From assembly GCA_973895155.1 (NCBI GenBank), contig OZ316899.1:9608287-9672286 (forward strand): a stretch of DNA of 64,000 nucleotides, read 5' to 3'. Each line of letters begins with the position of its first letter. Within the stretch, counting starts at the first letter, position 1. Source of the DNA: Marsupella aquatica. Taxonomy: Eukaryota; Plantae; Marchantiophyta. The translations under genes and the position numbers were made by a program. Below are positions 11,316 through 23,278 of this stretch, piece after piece. Below the pieces are notes generated by a model. That model saw only the letters and a program-made list of their open reading frames with translations. It was not told the origin of the DNA and did not search any database.

Positions 11316-11658
11316 CTATAACATTGGGACATCATAAAGCCTATTATGAAGGCCTTTCATTGAACAATATGAATATTTGTTTGATCAATGTGTGATCACT
11401 CTTGGTGTGGAGAGTTAGTGTTTGACTATTCTTGTTGATTGGATCCTCTCCACACTTGTTTCCTGTTTATACGCCATGTTGGTTCGGTATGGACGCTTGA
11501 TTCCATAGGAGTGATCTGGGTTTGCAACCGGACATTCTAGTGTGCTGTGTATTTCTCTCCTGGCGATGTTGGAGTGATGCCCAAGACACCATGGTGAGTG
11601 CTTGTGGTGCTGATAGGGACAGATTGCCCTTAGGGTTAGCACATAGATTAGGTTAGGG

Positions 11659-14258
11659 TTGGTCACCACGGATTCTTCTGGTGCTGCTGGGTTACCCGAT
11701 GGACGACGGACTGGTTTCACTCGGAGTGGGGCACAATTTCGGCCAGCGGCATTGGTAGCAGTCAACAGTGCAGCTTCAGATAGTGATTCCGATGAGGACT
11801 CAGTCACCAGTTCTCCTCGTCATCAGGTGGTTGCACCTTTGTTGTGGGATATGGACGAGATGTACGGGGCTACAAAGGGCCCACGATAATACTCTGGTGC
11901 AGTTGGCACAATTGATCTGGATGACTTCATCCAGGAGTTTGATACGTGGTGCGATATACAGACATTGTGTAACGCCACGTTGTTTACCCCTTTCATGGCA
12001 TGGAAGGGATTATTTCAGCATTTGGAGGGGTCACCCATGGATGACTACCATGAGTTTTGGAAGGCTCATTTGGTTGAGATTGAGGCATGGAGGCAGCATT
12101 GGTCGCCTAATTACGTGTCCATCACCTATGGCACTAGTGCGGCTACCCAACCCATTGCCACAACTGCTGCTTCTTCTAGCAACACTAGCCAGAGTGGCAC
12201 ACCATCCACCAGCAACACTCCAGCAGCATCCACCGCTACTCCTGCTGGTGTGATTGTGACAGGAACTGAAGTTGCGCCAGCATTTAACCCTGTGGTGGAA
12301 TTCTTTGAGGTACTGAAGCAAAACTATCAGGGTGTGAAGCATAACTATCAGGGTGTAAGAACTGATAAGTTGAAGGGTCTTCAGGAGTTCCAGCGCAAGA
12401 CTGGAGAGAGTCTACGTGAGGCATACACTCGTATGCGCAGATTGATCACTGTCACCAAGGGAGTGACAGAGGCTTAGGCAGTCCAGTTTTGGTATGCAAT
12501 TTTGGACAGAGAATTGCGATGCAGAGTGAGAGATGTCACTATGCTTAGGGATGCAAATCCCACATTAGCAGTTGTTTTTACACTTTCTGAGCGCATTGAG
12601 CTCAATATGGTGAATGAGAAGGTGGTGACTTTTGGATTTGCCAAGGAAGCACCACAGGCTGCATCTACATCCACACCACAGCCTACTGCACGGAAGACCC
12701 AGAGGGAGAAGCCTACTGCACAAGAGTCTACCAGCCAGAGACCTGTGCCCTCTTATGCTGGACAGCAGTCAGGATGTTGGACCTGTGGTGGGGATCATGC
12801 ACAGAGATATTGCCCAGATCATAGAGGATCAGGGGGAGCATCAGCGCCTGATCAGCGACAATGTGATCACTATGGAGCTCCTGGACACACTAAGGATAGG
12901 TGTTTCTCACTCCATCTTGAGTTATGGAGGGGAGGATACCGTACACATGATCAGGGAAGAGGAGAAGGAGGAGGAGGTGGTGGACGTGGTCATGGCATGC
13001 CACATGCAGGGAGACAGGGAGGTGACGCTGCCCCTACTGTAACCATAGATCCAAAGGATGCTAAGATTGCTCAATTGGAGCAATAACTAGTTGCCATGGC
13101 TAGTTCCCAGGTGAGACCTACTTCTGATGATGGGGCATCTACATCCTATGGACCTTCCACAGGTCCTTCCACATCTTATGGAGCTGATGAAGACCTTGCC
13201 ACCATGGGATTCATGTGTGGCACTGCACATATTGATGCATCAGCAGCGTTGACACGTGGGGCAGCCAAAGCTCTTGAGCCCCGAGGAGCAGTAGTGGAGT
13301 TAGATCCACAGAGGGGGATGCACGTTGGCAGACAAAGCTTCCTCAGTCTTTTACATTGTCAGAGACAGTTCAAATTGCCTCTATGAACCCGGTTTGGACA
13401 AACCCTGATGTGGGTAAGTCGGCAGAATTAGGTAGTGATGCAGCAGGGATGACAGGTACCCTGCTGGGGGCGGCTACTGCCATGGTACATACCCCATTAT
13501 TTTCAGCAACAGACATGCTGAACTTGGGAGTTGGTCCTGTAGAAGTGTTCAGATTGGCAGCTACACTTTGTGAGGACACTCCAGTGGTTGCTTCCCATGC
13601 AAAAGCAGCTTGCAGTGTTGAAGCAGTGAAGACCATGCCACCTACTGCTACTAGTGAGACATGGCATGCAGCAACAGCAAGGTTAGTGGATTTACCAGCA
13701 CACCCTGCATTTGAGAGGACTAGGTTTAAACCTAGTGTTGTGTCATTGGATAATCGAAGTGGTATCTTCCAATTAGTTGGGCCTTCTGGGGCAGTATACC
13801 AACCAGAGAGAGTGTTATTGGATACTGGTGCTCAGCCCTTGATGTTGGGTAAGTCTGCCATACGTGGATTGGGATTGCGTCCAGAGGATTTGGAGGATTG
13901 TCCCTTTCCCATTCAGACTTCATTGGGGGGACCTACACCTACACAGCACATTACCAGGAGACCTCTTGATTTGAGGATTCAGGAAGGTCATACCTCAGAT
14001 AGCTCACACATACAGGCGTGAGCTATTCTGACTAAGGCAAAGTCATATGATGTGTTGGTGGGATGTACAGTGCTCTACCCCATGGGATTTATTCTTGATT
14101 TTTTGGAGGAATCAGTGTCATATAGACCTGATTGGCAATCAGGAGATGCTCGATTGAGAAAATTGCCAGTGAGATTTAGTGGACCTGTGGGAGGCCCTAA
14201 ATCCACACCATTGTCTTTGGCAGCATTCAGTGGTCTAATTGCTGGACGTGATGATTGA
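11659..14258 (+). pseudogene. gag: G3 gag and aspartic protease (stops and frameshifts)
   Basis: Gag-like LQEFQRKTGESLREAYTRMRRL; zinc knuckles CWTCGGDHAQRYC and CDHYGAPGHTKDRC; protease VLLDTGAQPLMLG near 13811-13850. Confidence 0.8.
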
Positions 14259-14483
14259 TTGAGGGTAATGCGCATGCAACAGATGTTCCACCATTGGAGG
14301 AGTCTCATGAGGAGCACATCATGCAAGGATTACCTGTTGGCAGTGTTGTGCCACCAGTGTGGGGCACTGCACAGGCCTTGCCACAGGCAGCAGCACGATT
14401 GGTACATGATGCATGGCATCATGCTTTTACACCAAAGTCAGGACCATAGTAGTCTCTTGCAGATGGACTTGTGACTCTTTCCA

Positions 14484-15500
14484 TTGGATACCACTCCTAT
14501 TGCTTGGCAATATCCACTGGAGGGTATTTGTTTGTTGGATCTTTTTGGTGGGATTAACACTGGATTGGCTGCTGTTCTTCAGGCAGGAATTCCTGTGCGT
14601 CGTTATTTGTATGTGGAGATAGATGAGACAGCACGGAGGGTCTCATTGCGACATGTGGCTATGTTGGTGGATAGATATCCACAGTTGCTGCCAGTGGATG
14701 CTGTTTGTGGTTATCAGCATGCACTACCTGCTGATATTTCATTGTTGGGGGTGGATCATCTGCATCATGTTGGCCCCATTGATTTGGTGATTGCTGGTTG
14801 ACCATGTTAGGGCCAATCTAGAGCTGGCGTTGGGCATGGACTTCATGATCCACGCTCTGCATTGTTTTGGGAGATGTTACGGGTGCTGCATCATCTCCAG
14901 CTACATCAGACACAGTCTCCAGCATACATTTTGGAGAATGTACCATTGTTAGGTGATGATTGTAGTCGGATATTTGCCAGTGTTCACCAAGTGAGGTCTT
15001 GGATTGGACCTGCTGTGTTATTGGATGCTGCACATGTGGGTTCTCGTGCACATTGTCCACGCTTGTGGTGGACTAATTTGATCCCATGTGAGGTGCTGAA
15101 GCGCGCATTTGACAGCATTCCACGTTCACCAGCCTTAGTGGTGGATGATGTTTTGGATCCAGGGCGTCGTGCACAAGGTGTGACCCAACCTGATAGACCT
15201 CCATTGGCAATGATCAATGTAGTTGGGCGCCCACGTTGTGCATTACCCACTCTTGTAAGCCACTCTACTTCATATGCATTTAGAGCAGGTGGCCCTGGAC
15301 TTGTGTGGACACAGCTCTCCAGCAGTTAGTGAAACCTACTACTGATGAGAGAGAGCGTGCTATGGGATTTTTGACTGGCACTACTGTAGTTGCCTCTGTG
15401 CCAGAGGGTTTGCGGCGCCAGGTTCTTGGTCAAGCAATGGATCTAAATTGTTTGACTTGGATTATCAGCTTGGGAGTAGCTGAACAATTGCGGATGCACT
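14484..15500 (+). pseudogene. DNMT3-like DNA (cytosine-5) methyltransferase domain within pol
   Basis: C5-MTase motifs in canonical order: I LDLFGGI, II YLYVEID, IV IDLVIAG*PC*G (Cys codon 14805-14807), V GLHDPRSALFWE, VI YILENV (ENV 14934-14942), VII LLDAAHV, VIII AHCPRLWWTNL, IX ERERAMGF, X RRQVLGQAMD. Two stops and one frameshift near 15305. Confidence 0.92.
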
Positions 15501-15765
15501 CTGCTGGAATTACTAATTGTCCCTTGGTGAGCTTGCGGTCCACTGAGACAGTACTGACCACAGTTGGGGGCGAGCAGACAGTCCATGGACCTATGGCAAG
15601 ATTGGCCAAGGCTGGATATATTGTTGAGCAAGAAGGGACTGCTCAATCTACTGCTAAATAGCAATCATCGGCTATCTCTTCTACCCTACAAAGAGATATT
15701 AGGGATTTGGTGGAGAGTTGGGAACCACAGCTTGGCCCTAAGTTGATAGGGGAGGAGAGACGTGC

Positions 15766-17220
15766 ATGCATCGATTCCTAGAGAGTTACTGGAATTGTTT
15801 TGCATTTAGCATGAAAGATTTGGGGACATTAAAGGGTCCTAGTATTCAGATTCAATTGGCTAGTGATGCGTCAATCTTTCGTAGGCCATACCATTATAGT
15901 GACATGGAGAGAGCTTTGATTCAAAGCAGAACTCAAGATTTGTTGGAGGCTGGATTGGTGGAGATTTCATATGGGGAGTATGCATCTGCCACAGTGATGC
16001 CAACCAAGAAGGATGTGCATGGCAATTACACAGATAGGCGCATGTGTGGTGATTACAGACCCATTAATCGCCAGACAAAATCTGATAGATATGCCATGCC
16101 CACACCCGAGGAGATCTTTGATGCTGTGGGGCATGCAAAGGTTTTCAGTTCATTGGATCTGAGGGCAGGGTACCATCAGCTTCCAATTAGGCATGCTGAC
16201 AGGTCCAAGACAGCATTCTGGGGGATTGATTCTTATGGCAAAGATCGTTTGTATCAGTGGTTATTCTTACCATTTGGGTTGAAGAATGCACCAGCTAAGT
16301 TCCAGAGAGTCATGGATCGAATCCTTGCAGGTTTGGATTTTGTCAGATGTTATATTGATGATATTTTGGTCTATTCTTCTACTGTGGAAGAACATCAGCA
16401 GCACTTGCAGATTGTGTTGGAGAGATTGAGAGCACATGGGTTGAAGCTTCATCCTAGCAAGTGTAAGTTCTTCCAAGACCAGATTGAGCATTTGGGCCAC
16501 ACTATATACCCAGGGGGATTGGGTGTACAACAAACTAAAGTGGAGGCCATTACACGGATTCCTCATCCTACTCATGTGAGCAGAGTTCGTGCATTCTTGG
16601 GATTGGCAAGCTACTACAGGACGTATGTTAAAGGATTTAGCCAGCTTGCTAAACCTTTGACCATACTCACTAAGTTGGATCAGGAATGGATTTGGGGTGA
16701 TGGCCAGGAGCATGCCTTTCAGGAGTTGAAGCAAAGGTTGGCATCATCCCCTATTTTGAGAAGACCCATTTTAGGCAGACCATTTCAACTACACACTGAT
16801 TGGAGTGGAATAGGACTTGGAGCAGTGCTGACTCAGAAGGATGATGAGGGGAATGAGTTTGTTGTGGCATATGCCAGTAGATCAAACAATTTAGCAGAGG
16901 CTAAGTATAGCTCTTATGAGGGAGAGTGTTTGGCAGCAATGTGGGTTGTGGCACACTTTCGCTGTTACTTGTTTGGTAATCCTTTCACTTTGATCATTGA
17001 TCATCAACCTCTCAAGTGGTTAATGGAGTCTGACAAGCTTATTGGGAAGCTTGTAAGATGGGCATTGTTGTTGCTGGAATATGATTTCCAGGTTGTACAT
17101 AGACCTAGAAAGGTGAACTTGGATGCAGATGGGTTGAGCCGCAACCCATGTACCAGTCAGCAGGATGAGACTAGAGCCAGATGGCATGATGAGTTAGATA
17201 AGGAGATGGTGCCAGGATGA
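15766..17220 (+). CDS. pol: G3 reverse transcriptase + RNase H (intact 484-aa segment of a decayed pol)
   Basis: RMCGDYRPIN, LDLRAGYHQ, LPFGLKNAP, YIDDIL; RNase H FQLHTDWS, YSSYEGECLA, DHQPL, ADGLSR. Confidence 0.95.
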   Translation: MHRFLESYWNCFAFSMKDLGTLKGPSIQIQLASDASIFRRPYHYSDMERALIQSRTQDLLEAGLVEISYGEYASATVMPTKKDVHGNYTDRRMCGDYRPINRQTKSDRYAMPTPEEIFDAVGHAKVFSSLDLRAGYHQLPIRHADRSKTAFWGIDSYGKDRLYQWLFLPFGLKNAPAKFQRVMDRILAGLDFVRCYIDDILVYSSTVEEHQQHLQIVLERLRAHGLKLHPSKCKFFQDQIEHLGHTIYPGGLGVQQTKVEAITRIPHPTHVSRVRAFLGLASYYRTYVKGFSQLAKPLTILTKLDQEWIWGDGQEHAFQELKQRLASSPILRRPILGRPFQLHTDWSGIGLGAVLTQKDDEGNEFVVAYASRSNNLAEAKYSSYEGECLAAMWVVAHFRCYLFGNPFTLIIDHQPLKWLMESDKLIGKLVRWALLLLEYDFQVVHRPRKVNLDADGLSRNPCTSQQDETRARWHDELDKEMVPG

Positions 17221-17454
17221 CATGCATCTGCCTTTCTTTGTTGGGTGCCAGCATACATTGGATCTGTGGACTCTACCTCATTGGATGGAGTGGATGATGA
17301 GTCTTCAGATGTGGATGTTGGTGAGGTAACTTCTGGACAGCAAGATATTCACAATGATGTGAGAGTGTTGGAATATCTACGCAGTGGTTCTATTGTTGGC
17401 AGTGTTGATGCCAAAGAACGTGACAGGGTTCTACAGAGAGCCAAGAGATTTTGA

Positions 17455-18480
17455 TGGGAGGGAAACCATCTTTTGAGAGTACTGCATGATGGTAGGGTGT
17501 TGGTGGTACCAAAACCATCACAACGAGTACATTTGGTGCGACATGCACACGAGGAGTTGGGTCACTTTGGTGTGAAGCGCACTTACAACTTGCTACAGAC
17601 ATAGTGTTGGTGGCGTGGTATGCACACTCATATCCAGCAGTTGATAGCTAAGTGTGTGGTATGTGATAGAGTGAGAGCATCATTTAATGCTCCCACTCCC
17701 CAGTTGCACCCGTTGCCGATCATGGGTTTGGGATATCGTTGAAGTTTGGATTTTTCTGGTCCATTACCTCTTACCCAACGTCATAATTGGTATGTTTTGG
17801 TCATGGTGGAGCACTTCTCCAAGTGGATTGAGCTAGTGACGTTGCCAGATAAAGCCAGTGGAGGAGTTGTTACATTTTTGGATCGTGTACTCAGTCATTT
17901 TGGAGCACCAGCTGAGGTGTTGACTGATCAGGGAACTGAGTTCCGTGGAGAGTTTGAGAGTTTGTGTGAACAAGCTCTGATTGATCATCGTACTACCTCT
18001 TGTGATCATCCTGAGGCAGATGGATTAGCTGAGAGAGTTGTGCAAACTATGAAGAGAGGATTGTGTAAGTATGGCTTGCAGGTTTGTCATTTGGGAGATT
18101 GGGATCTCCAGCTACCTTGGTTAGCTATGGGCTATCGTTTCAGTCGGCAAGCATCACTTGCATCCTTCTCACCTTACTTTTTGTTCTATGGTAGAGAGCC
18201 AGATTTGCCAGCAGCTATTCGTCGTGATGCTACACCAGTTGTGAACTTGGATGATCCTGATGTTTGGATCAAGGTGTGTTCAGAGAGAGCACGGGTATTT
18301 TAGAGAGTGATGCCCATGGCTTTTGACAACCTTGCCATTGCCCAACATCGTGATACTTTGAGGTATGCCACTATTTGTGGAGGAGGTTACCGTGCAAGCA
18401 TTCGACAATTTCATCCTGGTGATTATGTTTATTTGCAGCAGATAGCACCCACGACACTTGATGTGCCGCAGGCCGGACAA
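17455..18480 (+). pseudogene. pol: G3 DDE integrase
   Basis: HHCC (HEELGHFG...CVVC) and core LDFSGP, TDQGTEF, ADGLAERVVQTMK; several premature stops. Confidence 0.9.
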
Positions 18481-18641
18481 TCTTACGTGTGCGTGAAGTG
18501 TTGCCTTCTGGTGTCTTGATGTTGGAGGGAAGCGATGGTATGGTTTGGAATGATCATGTGCGCAACTGTGCACCATGTCACCTTCCCAACATTGATGGTA
18601 CAGTAGATCCAAGCTTGGCACATGTTCGTGCTGGCTTGAAA

Positions 18642-18779
18642 TGTATGTTGTGTGGATCTGCTCAGGGAGCAGCTACTATGTTGATTTGTGATAAGTGTTC
18701 TAGAGGATGGCACATGTCATGTTTGACACCACCATTGCAGGTGATTCCTAGTGGATCATGGTTGTGTCCTCAGTGTCGG
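18642..18779 (+). other. PHD finger at the integrase C-terminus
   Basis: Complete C4HC3 pattern CMLC...MLICDKCSRGWHMSCLTPPLQVIPSGSWLCPQC, followed by R and a stop. Confidence 0.9.
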
Positions 18780-18955
18780 TGAAGCTGACTAGTTATCATT
18801 TGTGTTCTCTTGACAGATATGGATTGCAGGTAGGTGATCGATGGGGCTCACTTGCATCCGGCCTCCTGATCTTCACACCTAAAAAGGTATATATCAACCT
18901 TGTAAAACTCATGGCTAGCTAGAGTTAGGGGACCTTACTCCCAGCTAGGGGGGCG

Positions 18956-19566
18956 ATTGTGGGTTTTGGACATGTGTGGACATGAGTTCCACTTGTATTC
19001 CATTCTCTTGTGTTTATGATGTGGCAGTGTGACTATGTTTGGATGTATGTGACAAGCGATGTATGTTGTGTAGCGATGTGTATGCGCACGACAGCTGTCA
19101 CACCATTCTAAGTAGTGTTAGAGTGTATCGTACTATCTAGATCCGTATGTTTGGTATGTGTGCTATATGAGCCGATAAGGTTCCGTTAGGTTTGTGTGAG
19201 AGGGTACTTCTCACTTGTGAGGCATTGAAAGGTCATCTTTCAATGTTGAGCCTTGGAGAGAGAGGAGCTTGAGTGTGGCTATGGTGGCTGTGAGCTCCGC
19301 TTGTGTAACGTGGATTCCTTGAGTAGTGCAAGGTGCGTTGGCTTGACATACGTGTGTGATCGGATCGGTGCGGGATTGATAGGGTATTGTTGACCGGGAT
19401 CGTTGTGCCGATTGTGGAGGGAGATTATTGTGGGTTTTGGACATGTGTGGACATGAGTTCCACTTGTATTCCATTCTCTTGTGTTTGTGATGTGACAGTG
19501 TGACTATGTTTGGATGTATGTGACAAGAGATGTATGTTGTGTAGCGATGTGTATGCGCACGACAGC
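18956..19566 (+). repeat. LTR-like 3' end of G3 with a 140-bp direct repeat (18956-19095 / 19427-19566)
   Basis: Two 140-bp copies with 3 mismatches seen; 19096-19564 reads TGTC...GACA. Confidence 0.75.
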
Positions 19567-19599
19567 ATCCACAATTCCTCCTTTTGGGGTAGAGGCTCA

Positions 19600-20916
19600 T
19601 CCTCAATAACCCCATTTCCATTCCCTATACTGTAAACATCTTATCCCAAGAAAAATGTCAAAGCATACCAAGGTGAAAAGTCAGAAGTGTCTTGACTCCC
19701 AATGATATGTTCTTATGAGCTATGTTGAGTTCTTCTTTTAACTTCTTGAACAAGAACCCCAAGTAGTCTCATGATTCACACAACGTCTGGGCTAACAACC
19801 ACTGATATTTCCCCAATTCAGGCCAACTCCCCAATAACCACAATGTAACCCTCAAGAATAACCCTCAAGTGCAACCTCTTTGGATTGGTGCACTGAGTCT
19901 TGAGGAATCCATTGTCCTTTGGCTTCCCGTTAAACTCCATAAAGATTTTGTCCCTCTAGAAGAAGAAACAGGTATCAATCTTGCTACTACCACCCAAATT
20001 CATATGGAAGGCTTCACCTATACCCTTCTCTAACAGTTGGAACACCCCATCATAGATATAGATGAGGTTCCGGTCAACATCCTAGTTGCCCACAAACTCT
20101 ATTATTTAACTCCCAATCAAGGATATCCTTCCCACGCCATGCAATTGAATGAAATCTTCTAACCCAAATTCATAAAGTTTGAGAACTTGTTAGATTGCAA
20201 GGCTACAATAGCCTTGACATTCTCAGTGGGTCTTACCAGCTTCAATCTGGCTTCTGCAGGTATAGTTTCCATCCACCTGTTCTAGTTCCAATATTTGGGT
20301 GACAACGTGATTGGCTGAGCTTCGTACTCCAAATCATCATCTACAACTTCCTGGTTGGATTCCCTACCCTGACCAGCCTATGTTGCTGATAAGTTTCTAC
20401 CTTGGCCCCAACCTTGGCCTAAATTTTCTTGATTCAAGCCTGATCCCTTCTTTGCCGACGGCTTTGCCATGGCGACTCCATCTAGGACCTACTTCTTGTT
20501 GTTGGCCTTCTTAGCCACCACCTTTCAAGCCATTTCTGCTTTGCAACAATATGTTTATGGGGTTGCTGAGAATCCTCCCCTCCTAAGATCATCTTGGGTG
20601 CCCACTCCTTGTAGTCCCTGGTAGCTAGATTCCAATGCTCAATCAAGCATTGATAGACGGCTTGACGGATTGATTGTACATTCCCTTCCTCAAAGAACAA
20701 CACATTCAAATTCTCAACATTGGGTTCCCACTTGAATGTTGCATCAAATGTACTTCCCAATGATGAATGCGGTTGATGTAGTTGCCCATGACCGCTCAAT
20801 GTTTGCTCGCTCTCTCTCAGCTTGTGCCGGATTGGTCTCCTTGAATACCCTAACAATGTGTCATGCGTAGTTGAGAAATGTCCGCCATAAATGCCTTGCC
20901 TGATTGAACCTAGCCA
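19600..20916 (-). pseudogene. Old, heavily decayed homolog of the LTR-embedded gene (family G5)
   Basis: Manual translation gives (M)ARFNQARHLWRTFL...FKWEPNVENLNVLFFEEGNVQSIRQAVYQCLIEHWNL and WMETIPAEARL...GLEDFIQL...IEFVGN...IGEAF...KIDT...KDNGFLKTQCTNP, collinear with the G2 ORF. The lower coordinate is approximate. Confidence 0.7.
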
Positions 20917-21670
20917 CACTACTACATATCGGCCCCTTTTGCGAAGGTGTTTTTTGACGTCGGGAAGGCCTTGCGATGTTAGAACCTTCAGATACTTTGT
21001 GATGCAACACGCATCACAATATCCCATGCTCTTATCATTGCAAATTCATGTTGCAAAGCTATATACATCGCAATTAATTTTTGATGTTATTGACTTCGCA
21101 ACACATTTAGATACTAGTTGTCTCGCAACAACTTTGTGAGTCCGCGACCATCGCAACCATATTCGGATACATTTTGGTTCATAATTTAGTGATACTAATA
21201 TGATCACAAGTGGTTTGTGAACCTATTATGTTCGGAAAGTGTTGTGAAGAATGTTGGGTCGCAAAGTATCGAAGCCAATTTGGTCGCAATTTTGAGAACG
21301 TATTTGTATCACAAGTACCGATGGAATTGGATTCACAAGAGGTTCAGAAATTCCTTCCTGACTGGTTCAAAAAATGTTTTGCAAAGAGAGTTGTTTGCAA
21401 AGTTTTCAGAATGGAAATTTTTGAGAGAATACTTTAGAAGATGGAGAATGCATGTGTTTAGGTTATATGCTAGGGATTTCAAAAAGGTGGCATGCATGAG
21501 GATAACTTTTGTAGTGGCTAGGGTTGCATATATAGCAGTAAAATGAAATTTCAAAGTCCAAGTGTTTGTAAGACAAAAGAAGAAAATAAATAGGTAAATA
21601 TAAATAAAACCATGATAGTTAATATAATCACAATTATACGCTCACAACAAGTTTTACTACTAGTGATGCA

Positions 21671-21936
21671 TCAAACTTGGTCCTCATCCTCTCCTCCGTT
21701 TGACACAATAATAACTTCAGGTTTTTATGAGATAATGGAACGAGATCGTGGCACATACGGTATAACAACTGACCACTCCTCTGGGTCTGGTGGGTACGGA
21801 ATATAGAAACACTGCTCAAGGTGACTTGGGAATGTAAACGGTTCAGATGTTTGCCAATGAGATGGTTGAAAGCTAGTTGCTGATGTCTTCAGTCGAGTAA
21901 ACCCACAATCATCAAGAAGTACCGTGCGATTCTCAC
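21671..21936 (-). pseudogene. C-terminus of the CACTA-A TnpD-type transposase (DUF4216-like), cut off by the retrotransposon
   Basis: RTVLLDDCGFTRLKTSATSFQPSHWQTSEPFTFPSHLEQCFY...EDQV* matches the CACTA-B C-terminus at 23279-23540. Confidence 0.85.
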
Positions 21937-23278
21937 TGTCACGTCGTCGGCTGCGGCCTTAACTCAGACTTCAGCTTAGACGGGCACATCCCTCGTAAAT
22001 CTGAGGGTTCGGGCAGGAAGGGAAGCACGTAATGCACCTTATTCTTGTAAACTAGCGCTAAGTGCGCATACTGCTAAATACGGACACCTCCTAGGTATGG
22101 TTTGTGTTCCGCCGCCGAAACGTACCTTAGTCGATAGCAGGATTGACCCCGGCTTAAGGGCTTCTAAGCCTTCGTGTTGTCCGCCTTCGATCCGGATTCG
22201 ATGATACAGGTCCTCAACCCGTGCTCGCAACCACTTACCCACAAGCTGCACCCTGTGCACATCTCGGGTAGTGCGTTCGGCCTGGCGCTGCCACCCATAT
22301 ATGAGAAACCCACACACATACACGCGCACATGCATACAATCTCGATTTACACGAAGGAAAATGATGGGAAAGGATTTTACTCACTACAACATATTTTGCC
22401 CTTTTGCGAAGCTCATTTGCGTCCGGACAGACGTTTGCGATTCCAGATGCTTCAAACCGTTGATGACTCAATACGCATCGCAATTTGCGATACTTGTGGT
22501 ATCGCAACTTTGGTCTTCCATGCGATTTGCATCGCAAACATTTTGCGAACTTTATTGTATCACAATATTTTGCGAAACTACAGAGATTACAAAACACATT
22601 ACGAAGGCTCCGCGACCGCTCCGAAAGTCCGAAACCACGGTAACATTAATGATGCGAAACAATTAGTATTGGAGGATGTTTGCGAAAAGGTTAGCTTCAA
22701 ACAATTTGCGATGGGTTTGTATGGCAAATGTGCGAAACGATGTGGATGGTAAATGTGGGATGGTCTGGATATCGCAAAATAGTGAAGCGTATAGTATGGA
22801 ATAATTGAGAAACGGTTTAAATGGCAGAATTGTGATTTGGTTGGGATTTGTTTAGTCTCGCAAATAGTTCGCAAACGTTTATGTTAGACTTGTGTGTGCA
22901 TCTTTAGAGTTTGAATGGGGGAGGAGGAGGGAGGGAGGTGAAAGGTGAAAGAGGGAGGAAGGGAGTTGGAAGGTGGATGAGGGACGGAGGAAGAAGGGAG
23001 TCCAAAGAGGGTTTACTAAAAATAGGAGAGACTTTAGCGAAGAGGGAGGGAGGAGAAAAAGCTATGGAGTTTTTGGAAGAGGAAGGAGAGTTTGGGTTCA
23101 AAGAGGGAGGAGGGATAAGGGAGGGAGTACCCATGTCACTTATATGCATGACCTCTTTTGAAAGTAGGAGTCCAAAATGAAAATACCTACCACACTAATG
23201 GTGTATGAAATATTAATTAAGAAACAACATGAACAATCCATGATATAGATTTTTGGTTTAAATATCCATAAGTGTCTC

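Larger units (their letters stand above)
11316..19566 (+). mobile_element. Decayed Ty3/Gypsy retrotransposon (G3): gag-PR-DNMT-RT-RH-INT-PHD; 5' LTR not seen
   Basis: Collinear domains on one strand, a PPT-like AGGGGGG at 18947-18953, and LTR-like repeats at 18956-19566. The left boundary is set only by the adjacent LTR end. Confidence 0.85.

Noticed and set aside
14484-15500. Host DNMT3/DRM gene or bacterial restriction-modification methylase contamination
   Set aside because: It is intronless, collinear between PR and RT, and shares the composition and decay pattern of the surrounding pol.
18956-19566. DIRS/Ngaro split direct repeats
   Set aside because: The element has a DDE integrase, protease and PPT; there is no tyrosine recombinase and no matching repeat at the visible 5' side.
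20482-21027. 181-aa ORF as a standalone gene
   Set aside because: It crosses the CACTA-A terminus at 20917; only the downstream part is a real remnant of the LTR gene.
22174-22874. Cys-rich overlapping ORFs (also 29054-29501, 31544-32104, 52977-53313, 54334-54770)
   Set aside because: They are translations of TTGCGA/TCGCAA repeats, some spanning TE junctions, with no coherent domain.
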